Below, one piece after another: positions 17,433 to 27,508 of a stretch of 64,000 bases of DNA. This stretch comes from Escherichia coli (lineage in GTDB: Bacteria > Pseudomonadota > Gammaproteobacteria > Enterobacterales > Enterobacteriaceae): NCBI RefSeq assembly GCF_001677475.2, contig NZ_CP015229.1. One strand, 5' to 3'. Made by a program: the position numbers and the translations under genes. The notes under the pieces were generated by a model. That model had not been told where the DNA came from. It saw nothing but the letters and a program-made list of their open reading frames with translations, and did not search any database. Within the stretch, counting starts at the first letter, position 1. Every line of letters begins with the position of its first letter.

Positions 17433-18722
17433 AGGGAAAGATCACGTAATGCTGCTTTTTTGTACTAAACAATTCGCATTTTATGTTTAAAAATTGAGAT
17501 ATTCCTCATTACATAAAGCTGTTTTTTATTGCTTATACATGATCAAATACTCCTTACATAATTAAGGAGAACAAAATGGAACTTAAAAAATTGATGGAAC
17601 ATATTTCTATTATCCCCGATTACAGACAAGCCTGGAAAGTGGAACATAAATTATCGGATATTCTACTGTTGACTATTTGTGCCGTTATTTCGGGTGCAGA
17701 AGGCTGGGAAGATATAGAGGATTTTGGGGAAACACATCTCGATTTTTTGAAGCAATATGGTGATTTTGATAATGGTATTCCTGTTCACGATACCATTGCC
17801 AGAGTTGTATCCTGTATCAGTCCTGCAAAATTTCACGAGTGCTTTATTAACTGGATGCGTGACTGCCATTCTTCAGATGATAAAGACGTCATCGCAATTG
17901 ATGGAAAAACGCTCCGGCATTCTTATGACAAGAGTCGCCGCAGGGGAGCGATTCATGTCATTAGTGCGTTCTCAACAATGCACAGTCTGGTCATCGGACA
18001 GATCAGGACGGATGAGAAATCAAATGAAATTACAGCTATCCCTGAACTTCTTAACATGCTGGATATTAAAGGAAAAATCATCACAACTGATGCGATGGGT
18101 TGCCAGAAAGATATTGCAGAGAAGATACAAAAACAGGGAGGTGATTATTTATTCGCTGTAAAAGGAAACCAGGGGCGGCTAAATAAAGCCTTTGAGGAAA
18201 AATTCCCACTGAAAGAATTAAATAATCCAGAGCATGACAGTTACGCAATTAGTGAAAAGAGTCACGGCAGAGAAGAAATCCGTCTTCACATTGTTTGCGA
18301 TGTCCCTGATGAACTTATTGATTTCACGTTTGAATGGAAAGGACTGAAGAAATTATGCGTGGCAGTCTCCTTTCGGTCAATAATAGCAGAACAAAAGAAA
18401 GAGCCAGAAATGACGGTCAGATATTATATCAGTTCTGCTGATTTAACCGCAGAGAAGTTCGCCACAGCAATCCGAAACCACTGGCACGTGGAGAATAAGC
18501 TGCACTGGCGTCTGGACGTGGTAATGAATGAAGACGACTGCAAAATAAGAAGAGGAAACGCCGCAGAATTATTTTCAGGGATACGGCACATCGCTATTAA
18601 TATTTTAACGAATGATAAGGTATTCAAGGCAGGGTTAAGACGTAAGATGCGAAAAGCAGCCATGGACAGAAACTATCTCGCGTCAGTCCTTGCGGGGAGC
18701 GGGCTTTCGTAATCTTGCCCTG
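17432..18722 (+). mobile_element. ISAs1-family (H-repeat type) insertion sequence, intact copy
   Basis: About 1.29 kb; imperfect terminal inverted repeats CAGGGAAAGATCAC / (rc) CAGGGCAAGATTAC; single 378-aa transposase ORF. Confidence 0.75.
17576..18712 (+). CDS. ISAs1-family transposase (H-repeat-associated protein)
   Basis: 378 aa; sequence strongly resembles E. coli H-rpt proteins (YdcC/YhhI type) from memory. Confidence 0.85.
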   Translation: MELKKLMEHISIIPDYRQAWKVEHKLSDILLLTICAVISGAEGWEDIEDFGETHLDFLKQYGDFDNGIPVHDTIARVVSCISPAKFHECFINWMRDCHSSDDKDVIAIDGKTLRHSYDKSRRRGAIHVISAFSTMHSLVIGQIRTDEKSNEITAIPELLNMLDIKGKIITTDAMGCQKDIAEKIQKQGGDYLFAVKGNQGRLNKAFEEKFPLKELNNPEHDSYAISEKSHGREEIRLHIVCDVPDELIDFTFEWKGLKKLCVAVSFRSIIAEQKKEPEMTVRYYISSADLTAEKFATAIRNHWHVENKLHWRLDVVMNEDDCKIRRGNAAELFSGIRHIAINILTNDKVFKAGLRRKMRKAAMDRNYLASVLAGSGLS

Positions 18723-18736
18723 ACCATCTGACGGAT

Positions 18737-18922
18737 GTGGCTGGTAATCCATCAAACATTGCTAATAGATTTTCAAAGGTCATTGATGGAAAAGATGTTC
18801 AGTTTGTTACTAAGGACTCTTTATTTGCCGGGCCGAGCGGTAAGTTTGCGCAATTTGAATCTACTTGGCAGGTTTTGGATAATGGTTCATTACGATTAAC
18901 AACAGTGATCCCGAAATTATGA
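18737..18922 (+). CDS. Possible orphan toxin C-terminal fragment downstream of the IS
   Basis: 61-codon GTG-initiated ORF whose frame opens exactly at the IS right end; AT-rich; ATGA overlap with next ORF. Confidence 0.3.
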   Translation: MAGNPSNIANRFSKVIDGKDVQFVTKDSLFAGPSGKFAQFESTWQVLDNGSLRLTTVIPKL

Positions 18923-19239
18923 TTAGAGAATTTGAAGAGAAAATGTCTGATTTGTTTGGTGTTGATGCAACATCATTCGATCCTGAATATGCGCAGTGGA
19001 CATATTTATTTAAGAAGGGTTTATTTTCACTTGAATTTGTTTATGCTCTGGATAAAACAATATCTACGGCTTTATATTATAATGAAAATTTATTGTCTTT
19101 TTATTTTGCCAATGGTCTGGAACACCTTAGCATAGAAGACAATAAAATTCATGGTGTTATTGTTAAAGGTAATACAACCAGAAAACTAGAGATAGATCCA
19201 TTAAATTTAATTATAAAATGGGAAGATTCATTAATATAA
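18919..19239 (+). CDS. Possible orphan immunity protein
   Basis: 106 aa, AT-rich, translationally coupled to the upstream fragment; same position relative to terminator/symE as the rhs immunity gene. Confidence 0.35.
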   Translation: MIREFEEKMSDLFGVDATSFDPEYAQWTYLFKKGLFSLEFVYALDKTISTALYYNENLLSFYFANGLEHLSIEDNKIHGVIVKGNTTRKLEIDPLNLIIKWEDSLI

Positions 19240-19280
19240 TGATTGCAATATTCCATTTCAATAAGAAATAACCAATAAAA

Positions 19281-19320
19281 AGCCGGAGTGCTATTAAATC
19301 TTCCGGCTTTTTTATTATTT
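19281..19320. terminator. Bidirectional rho-independent terminator (copy 2)
   Basis: AGCCGGAG-loop-CTTCCGGCT hairpin followed by TTTTTTATTATTT. Confidence 0.55.
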
Positions 19321-19648
19321 AATTCTCGTTCAGCACACTAAACATCCCGTTCCGCATCCCCTTAACCACCTGTTTAACCTGATAAAGTTCCTTCCTCAGT
19401 TCCTGCACCTCGTCGCGCTCCGCAATCAGGATCAGGCACCCCTCCGAGATTTTCACAGTCACGCCCGTCCCGGTATCAAATCCCGCCTCAGCGAGCCAGT
19501 CGCCTTTAAGGTGCAGGCTGGGGTGCCGTGAATAATACGTGGTCATGCCTGTTTTACTGTTCTGATGGCGGGCGCTGACATAGCCCACCTGATACTGGCG
19601 CTGTGTTTTGGAAATGGCGACTTCTGGCGTAATATCGTGTTCAGCCAT
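19319..19648 (-). CDS. SymE-family toxin homolog, copy 2
   Basis: 109 aa, about 80 percent identical to copy 1 by eye; same RBS and flanks. Confidence 0.8.
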   Translation of the reverse strand: MAEHDITPEVAISKTQRQYQVGYVSARHQNSKTGMTTYYSRHPSLHLKGDWLAEAGFDTGTGVTVKISEGCLILIAERDEVQELRKELYQVKQVVKGMRNGMFSVLNEN

Positions 19649-19716
19649 GATTAACTACCTCTGTTAGTTGCTTGTGGTGAGCAGATTGTCAGTGTTGGTA
19701 GCACTGGCAATCTGCG
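19642..19716 (+). ncRNA. Predicted cis-antisense sRNA overlapping symE-like start, copy 2
   Basis: Same promoter-like hexamers (about 19608-19635) and a 13-bp-arm hairpin (about 19682-19714) with a single T-G position that pairs only in the plus-strand RNA. Confidence 0.35.
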
Positions 19717-19889
19717 TTAAAAATCAGTGTATTACTCTCTTTTCCATGGAAAGATCACGTAACGCTGCTTTTTTGTACTAAATAATTCGCATTTTATGTT
19801 TAAAAATTGAGATATTCCTCATTACCTAAAGCTGTTTTTTTATTGCTTATACATGATCAAATACTCCTTACATAATTAAGGAGAACAAA

Positions 19890-20372
19890 ATGGAACTTAA
19901 AAAATTGATGGAACATATTTCTATTATCCCCGATTACAGACAAGCCTGGAAAGTGGAACATAAATTATCGGATATTCTACTGTTGACTATTTGTGCCGTT
20001 ATTTCGGGTGCAGAAGGCTGGGAAGATATAGAGGATTTTGGGGAAACACATCTCGATTTTTTGAAGCAATGTGGTGATTTTGATAATGGTATTCCTGTTC
20101 ACGATACCATTGCCAGAGTTGTATCCTGTATCAGTCCTGAAAAATTTCATGAGTGCTTTATTAACTGGATGCTTGACTGCCATTCTTCAGATGATAAAGA
20201 CGTCATTGCAATTGATGGAAAAACGCTCCGGTACTCTTATGACAAGAGTCGTCGCAAGGGAGCGATTCACGTTATTAGTGTGTTCTCAATAATGCACAGT
20301 CAGATTCCTTGGAAGATCAAGACGAATAAAAAAACAATGAGATTACAGCTGTTTCTGAATTTCTTAACATAA
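19890..20372 (+). pseudogene. Degraded second ISAs1/H-repeat transposase gene (N-terminal 130 aa conserved, then divergent and truncated)
   Basis: 160-aa ORF identical in its first part to the intact copy, then diverging into ...[31 protein letters not shown]; element upstream sequence conserved from about 19745. Confidence 0.7.
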
Positions 20373-20513
20373 TGGGTATTAAAGGAAAAATAATTGCACC
20401 GATCCAATGTGATACCAGAAAGACATCGCTAAGAAGATAGCTATAGACAATTATTACCCTCCGTCAGCCCTTGTTAAGCGAGGAGAGACGTAATCTGTCC
20501 AGTCCCCTAATGC

Positions 20514-21611
20514 TTATAAAGCCCATCGATTTCGCCCACTTTCTTTCGCCCGGTATAACGCAGCGTCGGCATCTGAAATAATTTGTTCAGCCGTTTTTGC
20601 GGGAGCAGAACAGGTAATCCCCTGACTAACCGTAACGAATGCATTAACAGCAGATGCCTGATGTGGGATAGCTGCCAGTTTAAGTTCTTGCTTCACTCTG
20701 GCTGCTACCGTCTCTGCTTCCGGCAATGTTGCATTAAAAAGTATGATGGCAAACTCTTCGCCACCATAACGGACAACAACATCCTCCGACTGGCGAGTTG
20801 AACGCTGTAGAGCGTCGGCAACTTGTATTAGACAACGATCCCCAGCAGGATGCCCGTAAGTGTCGTTGTAACGTTTAAAAAAATCGACATCCAGCATAAT
20901 AAGAGCAAATGACCCGCCGTTATCTATCGCGTCGTGTAAGATACTGTTCATTGCACGTCGGTTTGCTATCCCAGTTAAAGGATCACGATGTGCTAATGCA
21001 TCAAGGCGATTAATTAACTGGTTGTTATAACTGTTTTGTACCCATGCTTCTTCAAACCAACGTAACAAAATGAGTCGCCCACCATATAGCGCCAGTGAAA
21101 AAATACACCATACAACAGCAAAATGAATATTGATCTGTTGATTAAGCATAAGACTCGCTATTGGAGTGGTGAACCATAAGGGAATGACAAATGCGAGCAA
21201 TGATGGGGTATGGAAATAAAGTGCGACAACGCCACTAAGCATTAATAATACACATAGTGGATAAGCAAACTGCAGCGTCCAGTACGCAATAAAGTGATAA
21301 CTACACCATGACCATAGCAGGCTCAGGGCAACTAATAGCACCTGGATAGGTAATGTTTTTTGCCGAGGGATGAGTAGTAAACCACTGCAAATCAGCAGAA
21401 TACCCGTTGCAGATATATCAATAGAATGTATAAGGCTTTTTTCATTTAACCAGGGTGGAGTAAGGTCATTAAACAGAACACGGCGCAGCAAAATTATCAA
21501 TGCAAAACTGACATTGATAAAAGCAAACCATGGCAAACTAATCGTCATGCCGCGAATAACCATATCGCGGCGGGTTTTCCATGAGTGATGCGTTTTTCTT
21601 CGTTCAGCCAT
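20514..21611 (-). CDS. Membrane-anchored diguanylate cyclase (GGDEF domain)
   Basis: 365 aa; N-terminal hydrophobic helices; RYGGEEF active-site motif. Confidence 0.8.
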   Translation of the reverse strand: MAERRKTHHSWKTRRDMVIRGMTISLPWFAFINVSFALIILLRRVLFNDLTPPWLNEKSLIHSIDISATGILLICSGLLLIPRQKTLPIQVLLVALSLLWSWCSYHFIAYWTLQFAYPLCVLLMLSGVVALYFHTPSLLAFVIPLWFTTPIASLMLNQQINIHFAVVWCIFSLALYGGRLILLRWFEEAWVQNSYNNQLINRLDALAHRDPLTGIANRRAMNSILHDAIDNGGSFALIMLDVDFFKRYNDTYGHPAGDRCLIQVADALQRSTRQSEDVVVRYGGEEFAIILFNATLPEAETVAARVKQELKLAAIPHQASAVNAFVTVSQGITCSAPAKTAEQIISDADAALYRAKESGRNRWAL

Positions 21612-21657
21612 TTTTTAACCAAAAAAGGGCAGGATACCTGCCCGGTATGCAGTAAAT

Positions 21658-23634
21658 TTATGGTGTCACTATATTGAACCAAAATTCAAAATTATCCATA
21701 TAACCTAACAGCTCGTTGAGTTTTTCCGCATTGCCAGTAATTTTGACATCTCCTTTGGCCGTGGCTTCTTTCAGCGTCTCTTCTTTCAGTACAATTTTGT
21801 TCAATACATCACGAGACAGAGTGATAGTGGCATCAGCATCCGAAGCCTCTACACCAGCGGTATGATTGAGAACACCATTTTCAAGCTCCACTTTATAGGT
21901 GCCGCCATCTTCACCAAAATCGAAATTCAACACGGTTTTGGCATCTGCCGCTTTCTCACCATTAATATGGACGGCAAGATAATCAAAGAACATCTCCGGC
22001 GTCATCGCACGCACGGTGTCTGGGCTGGCAGTATTTGGTGTTGGTAATTTTTGTACGCCATTACGCAATTCCTGTGCGCCAGTGAGATAGAAATTACGCC
22101 ACGGCCCAGATTCAGCCTGATAGCCTAACTGCTCAAGCGCATCAGCTTCCAGATCTCTCGCTGCCTGGTTGTTTGGATCGGCAAACACCACCTTACTAAC
22201 AACTTGGGCAACCCAGCGGAAATTACCCTGGTCATAATCCTGTTTGGCTTTCTGTAAAATGGTATCAGCACCGCCCATATACTCGACGAATTTTTTTGCG
22301 CCTTCTTCTGGCGGCAGTTCATCAAGCGTCGCGGGGTTACCATCAAACCAGCCGAGATAAAGCACGTAAGTTGCTTTCACGTCATGACTTACCGAACCGT
22401 AATAGCCGCGATTCGCCCAGGTGTTAGCCAGTGAAGAGGGCAGTTTAAAGTTTGCGGCAATTTCATCACGGGTCTTCCCTTGATTAGCCATGCGCAGAGT
22501 TTGATCATTGATGTAACGATACAAATCACGCTGGCTTTTAAGCAGTTTGACCACGTTATCGTTGCCCCAGGTTGGCCAGTGATGTTGAGCGAGAATAATC
22601 TCGGCTTTATCACCCCACAAATTGAGAGCTTCATTAATATATTTTGACCACGGCAGCGGTTGGCGAATTTTAGCCCCACGCAGCGAATAGGTGTTATGAA
22701 GGGTGTGCGTGACATCTTCAGCGGTTTCGATCAGTTTCTTTTCTTCAATAAACCACAGCATTTCAGAAGGCGCTTCAGAACCTGGCGCCATCAGGAAATC
22801 ATAAGTCAACCCGTCAATAGTTTCTTTTTGTCCGGTTTTGGTGATGTAGTTAGTAGGAGCAATCAACGTGACTGTTCCTGCTGAAGTAGTCGTTCCCAGT
22901 CCAGCCCCCACCTGGCCTTTAACATCAGGTTTCAATAAGTTGCCATACATATAACTGGCTCGTCGGCTCATAACATTGCCAGCCATGATGTTTTCGGAAA
23001 CGGCTTCCTCCAAAAATCCGGCTGGCGCATAGATTTTAACTTTGCCTGATTTAACGTCAGCTTCATCAATTACGCCACGAACACCACCGTAGTGATCGAC
23101 ATGACTGTGTGTATAGATAACCGCCACTACCGGTTTTTTGCCGCGATTTTTGTAATAGAGATCCATACCCACTTTGGCTGTTTCTGCTGAAACAAGGGGA
23201 TCAACGACGGTAATACCCTCTTTGCCTTCAATGATGGTCATATTTGATAGATCGAGATTGCGAATCTGATAGACACCTTCAGTTACTTCGAATAACCCGC
23301 TGATATTTATCAGTTGCGCCTGACGCCATAAACTCGGATTCACCGTATCAGGGGCTTTATCGCCTTCTTTGATAAAAGCGTATTGTTGTGGATCCCAGAT
23401 AACATTCCCTTGTTCGCCCTTAATCACGTCTTGAGGAATAGGGGCAATAAAACCTTTATGGGCATCAGTAAAGTCAGTGTTATCGGCAAACGGCAACTGG
23501 TTGTAGAGTAAATTGTTTGCTTGTTGCGTGGCTGCGGTGGCGTCTTTAGGAGCTTCCGCCGCGAGGAGAGGTAAAGAACTGGTGGTGAATAATCCCGTTA
23601 TTAGCAGACTTTTAACGATATGATTAAGCTGCAT
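21658..23634 (-). CDS. Secreted alkyl/aryl-sulfatase-like metallo-beta-lactamase-fold enzyme (SdsA1/YjcS type)
   Basis: 658 aa; signal peptide; THSHVDHYGG metallo-beta-lactamase motif; overall resemblance to alkyl sulfatases (from memory). Confidence 0.75.
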   Translation of the reverse strand: MQLNHIVKSLLITGLFTTSSLPLLAAEAPKDATAATQQANNLLYNQLPFADNTDFTDAHKGFIAPIPQDVIKGEQGNVIWDPQQYAFIKEGDKAPDTVNPSLWRQAQLINISGLFEVTEGVYQIRNLDLSNMTIIEGKEGITVVDPLVSAETAKVGMDLYYKNRGKKPVVAVIYTHSHVDHYGGVRGVIDEADVKSGKVKIYAPAGFLEEAVSENIMAGNVMSRRASYMYGNLLKPDVKGQVGAGLGTTTSAGTVTLIAPTNYITKTGQKETIDGLTYDFLMAPGSEAPSEMLWFIEEKKLIETAEDVTHTLHNTYSLRGAKIRQPLPWSKYINEALNLWGDKAEIILAQHHWPTWGNDNVVKLLKSQRDLYRYINDQTLRMANQGKTRDEIAANFKLPSSLANTWANRGYYGSVSHDVKATYVLYLGWFDGNPATLDELPPEEGAKKFVEYMGGADTILQKAKQDYDQGNFRWVAQVVSKVVFADPNNQAARDLEADALEQLGYQAESGPWRNFYLTGAQELRNGVQKLPTPNTASPDTVRAMTPEMFFDYLAVHINGEKAADAKTVLNFDFGEDGGTYKVELENGVLNHTAGVEASDADATITLSRDVLNKIVLKEETLKEATAKGDVKITGNAEKLNELLGYMDNFEFWFNIVTP

Positions 23635-23939
23635 CTTAAGCGTCTCCAGAATGGATTTTTATTGGAGGTAATTACGGATGAAAATTTTTAGTGAGGGCAA
23701 GAATAACTATAATGGGCGTTAACAAATTGGCAAGCCGGGAACTTGATGTTTTCTTAATGGCATGTTGGCGAAGAATATATTCTGCAAGTTAACGTTTTCA
23801 TTGGCGCTTTATTTAAAAGTGTGTAGTACAAATATGTACAATTTCAAGTAGGCATTATTGCCGTAAAAACGCATTACCGGACACACGACATTCACAACGT
23901 GTGTTAATTTTACTGACATCTTTCAAAAGGAGCACAATC

Positions 23940-24167
23940 ATGCCGCACATAGACATTAAATGTTTTCCGCGTGAACTGGACGAACAACAAAAAGCAGCAC
24001 TTGCTGCAGATATTACCGACGTTATTATTCGCCATCTGAACAGTAAAGATAGCTCGATAAGCATTTCTCTACAGCAGATTCAACCAGAATCTTGGCAAGC
24101 TATCTGGGATGCCGAAATCGAGCCCCAAATGGAGGCTTTGATAAAGAAACCCGGTTACAGCATGTAA
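23940..24167 (+). CDS. pptA: Tautomerase PptA
   Basis: [33 protein letters not shown]... start at internal Met of track ORF 23901..24167. Confidence 0.8.
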   Translation: MPHIDIKCFPRELDEQQKAALAADITDVIIRHLNSKDSSISISLQQIQPESWQAIWDAEIEPQMEALIKKPGYSM

Positions 24168-24170
24168 TGC

Positions 24171-24740
24171 TTAACCTGCCGTAACACGCTTGCCGCTGGT
24201 AACAAATGTGCCAGCACCTAAATGATGCAACGTATTGAGTTTATCATCATCAAACTGCCAGCGGCCTTCGACAAATACCCGTGCGTCTGCCGCTGCTGAT
24301 ACTACCTCGCCAAACAGAGTGTCGTATTTTTCTTGCGCAGAAGTCGCAGGTAGCAGGCGACACTCCATCCACGCCAGACATTTTTCCTCGACCAGCGGCA
24401 AACCAAGCACCGGACCTTTCACAACTGGAATACCATAGCAATTAAACTTATCTTCATCACGCCCCGACACACTTCCCACCGCCCACGTCCAGTTAGTTGC
24501 TGCAACACCCGGGATAACGATGCCAAACTTACCATTACGTTCAATCAACTCCCTGGTCCATGTCGATTTATCTACCACAATCGCCACGCGTGGCGGTTCA
24601 AACTCCACCGGCATCGACCAGGCTGCTGCCATAATGTTACGCCGCTGGGATTGCTCATCGAAACTGGTGATCAAGACAGTAGGTCCATGATTTAACAGAC
24701 GGCTGGCATGGTGTAATTCGACGGGAATGAATTGGCTCAC
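24171..24740 (-). CDS. yddH: Flavin reductase-like protein YddH
   Basis: 189-aa ORF; matches E. coli YddH from memory; synteny. Confidence 0.75.
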   Translation of the reverse strand: MSQFIPVELHHASRLLNHGPTVLITSFDEQSQRRNIMAAAWSMPVEFEPPRVAIVVDKSTWTRELIERNGKFGIVIPGVAATNWTWAVGSVSGRDEDKFNCYGIPVVKGPVLGLPLVEEKCLAWMECRLLPATSAQEKYDTLFGEVVSAAADARVFVEGRWQFDDDKLNTLHHLGAGTFVTSGKRVTAG

Positions 24741-24914
24741 GATAACGCCTCGCTATGAAGGGTGTTTTAAAAGCGTAGCTCGTAACGCAATAAGTAACGA
24801 AATTAACGGGATTGGCGATTTGCGAACGTGATGCATGTCCGCGATCGCACAAAATAGCCGGTGCGGCGTCTATTCCAGGTTATAAGTTGAGAAAACCACT
24901 AAGGGAAACGCCTG

Positions 24915-25760
24915 ATGACGCCCATTCTGAATCATTATTTTGCCCGTATTAACTGGTCGGGAGCTGCTGCGGCCAATATTGATACGCTGCGTGCATTGCA
25001 CCTGAAACACAATTACACCATTCCGTTTGAAAATCTCGACGTTTTGCTGCCGAGGGAAATACAGCTTGATGATCAATCGCTGGAAGAGAAACTGGTGATA
25101 GCCCGTCGTGGCGGTTACTGTTTTGAGCAGAATGGCGTGTTTGAGCGGGTGTTACGCGAGCTGGGGTTTAACGTTCGCAGCTTGTTAGGGCGCGTAGTGT
25201 TATCAAATCCGACAGCATTACCGCCGCGCACCCATCGTTTGCTGTTGGTGGAACTGGAAGGGGAAAAATGGATTGCTGATGTCGGTTTCGGTGGGCAGAC
25301 GCTAACCGCGCCGATTCGTTTAGTTTCCGATCTCGTGCAGACCACGCCACACGGAGAGTATCGGTTGTTGCAGGAGGGTGATGATTGGGTGTTGCAGTTT
25401 AATCATCATCAGCATTGGCAGTCGATGTACCGTTTTGATCTCTGCGAGCAGCAACAAAGCGATTATGTGATGGGCAATTTCTGGTCGGCGCACTGGCCGC
25501 AGTCGCATTTTCGCCATCATTTGCTGATGTGCCGCCATTTGCCGGACGGTGGCAAGCTGACACTGACCAATTTTCATTTTACCCATTATGAAAATGGGCA
25601 CGCGGTGGAGCAGCGAAATCTACCGGATGTGGCGTCGTTATATGCTGTGATGCAAGAACAGTTTGGTCTGGGCGTAGATGATGCGAAACATGGCTTTACT
25701 GTGGATGAGTTAGCGCTGGTGATGGCGGCGTTTGATACGCACCCGGAGGCGGGAAAATAA
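24915..25760 (+). CDS. nhoA: Arylamine N-acetyltransferase NhoA
   Basis: 281 aa; catalytic Cys context RGGYCFEQN; synteny. Confidence 0.85.
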   Translation: MTPILNHYFARINWSGAAAANIDTLRALHLKHNYTIPFENLDVLLPREIQLDDQSLEEKLVIARRGGYCFEQNGVFERVLRELGFNVRSLLGRVVLSNPTALPPRTHRLLLVELEGEKWIADVGFGGQTLTAPIRLVSDLVQTTPHGEYRLLQEGDDWVLQFNHHQHWQSMYRFDLCEQQQSDYVMGNFWSAHWPQSHFRHHLLMCRHLPDGGKLTLTNFHFTHYENGHAVEQRNLPDVASLYAVMQEQFGLGVDDAKHGFTVDELALVMAAFDTHPEAGK

Positions 25761-25769
25761 TTTATGTCA

Positions 25770-25850
25770 GGTTGCCGGATGTGGCGTAAACGCCTTATCC
25801 GGCATACATTAGCCCGGTTGTAGACCTGATAAGCGAAGCGCATCAGGCAA
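25770..25850. repeat. REP/BIME palindromic repeats
   Basis: GCCGGATGTGGCGTAAACGCCTTATCCGGC and TGTAGACCTGATAAGCGAAGCGCATCAGGCA units. Confidence 0.6.
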
Positions 25851-25855
25851 CGGTT

Positions 25856-26749
25856 TCAGAGATCAATGGCCCATTCGGCATGAAACAAAATCACCGCCGC
25901 GCCAGAAATGGTGACTTTCTCCGGTTGGTTGTCCCGAATAGTCACCGTCACATCAATCACGCCGTCACGCCCCAGAGCTCGTCCCTGATGGCCTTTAACA
26001 CGCAACACGTTGCCATCGTGGGGCAATACGTTGTGATGCACTAACCATGCGCCCATCGGGCCATTGGCATTGCCGGTCACCGGATCTTCCACAATACCAA
26101 TCGCAGGCGAGAACATGCGACCATCGGTTTCGTTTTTGCATGGGCGGATCTGGAAAGGGAAGAAACCATTGCAGCCAATCTGTTTGCTGATAGCGGTCAG
26201 CGCAGCAAGATCAGGCGAAAGGGCATCGATATCCACTTCTGGTTTCAACGGGATCATCACTTTTGAGTGTCCTGTTGTTGCCACCTGAATTGGCAAGCCT
26301 GGCAGAATATCGTCCTCAGTGAGATGAAGCGCGTTGATAATCGCTGCACGTGTTTCATCTTCCAGCGGTGGCTCAAAGCCCGGCGTACCTTGTTCCAGCG
26401 AAATACGATAATCATCGTTATGCTTTTCGATAGTCACGCGGTGCTTTCCTGCCAGCGATGTTTGCCAGACCGTGCAATTTCCTAAACCTAACACCTTTGC
26501 ACGTACATAGTGCGCAGCTACTGTCGCGTGACCACAAATCGGAACTTCAACCGTTGGCGTAAAGTAGCGGATGCGCACATCGCTGTCGTCGCTGTGCAGC
26601 AGAAAAGCAGTTTCCGAATGACCTAATTCGCGGGCGATAAGCTGCATTTGCGCTTCGCTAAGATTATCGGCGGGGAAAACAACACCGGCAGAATTGCCGC
26701 GAAATGGTTGAGAGGTAAAAGCATCGACGTGGTAAACCTGCGGTTTCAT
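25856..26749 (-). CDS. yddE: PhzF-family isomerase YddE
   Basis: 297 aa; synteny and sequence. Confidence 0.8.
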   Translation of the reverse strand: MKPQVYHVDAFTSQPFRGNSAGVVFPADNLSEAQMQLIARELGHSETAFLLHSDDSDVRIRYFTPTVEVPICGHATVAAHYVRAKVLGLGNCTVWQTSLAGKHRVTIEKHNDDYRISLEQGTPGFEPPLEDETRAAIINALHLTEDDILPGLPIQVATTGHSKVMIPLKPEVDIDALSPDLAALTAISKQIGCNGFFPFQIRPCKNETDGRMFSPAIGIVEDPVTGNANGPMGAWLVHHNVLPHDGNVLRVKGHQGRALGRDGVIDVTVTIRDNQPEKVTISGAAVILFHAEWAIDL

Positions 26750-26827
26750 TAATGTTCTCCTGTGGCTGGAGAACTATCATAGCCTGCAAGTGGCCGGAGA
26801 GCGAAGAGCTATCCGGCCAGGGTGAAA

Positions 26828-27508
26828 TTATCGCCGCGAACGTACAATCTGATACCGACGGGTAAAGTACTCAAACGGCGCGCTCCACACATGCACCAGT
26901 CTAGTGAACGGGAAGAGCAGGAAGATGGTCATTCCCAACACCAGATGCAGGCGGAAGACGAACGCTACGCCGTTGAGCATTTCTGACGATCCGCCACGGA
27001 AAGTGACAATGCTTTGCGCCCAACCCACCAGCTTCATCATTTCGCTACCATCAGGATACTGTGCTGAAAACGGTATGGTACTTAGCCCCAACAGACACTG
27101 GATCAGCAAAATGCTCATGATGATAATATCCGGTGTAGTTGAAGTGGCACGCACGCGCTGATTTGTCAGCCTGCGCCACAGCAGTCCTGCGCCGCCAATC
27201 AACGTCAACACACCGCAAATACCACCTAGCACCATCGCCATCAGCTGTTTTGCCGCCACTGGCAAAAACCACGCGTACATCCAGTGTGGCGTTAACATGC
27301 CGAACAGGTGCCCGAAGAAAATCCCCAAAATGCCGATATGGAACAGATTCGACCATATCACCATCCCGCGTTTATCGAGCATCTGACTTGAGGAGGCGCG
27401 CCAGGTGTACTGCCCGTAGTCGTAGCGCAGCCAGCTGCCGAGGAAAAACACCGTCGCACAAATGTATGGGTAGATATCGTAAAAAAAAACGTTCAGATAC
27501 TGAATCAT
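26828..27508 (-). CDS. narV: Nitrate reductase Z gamma subunit
   Basis: 226 aa membrane protein; operon narZYWV. Confidence 0.9.
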
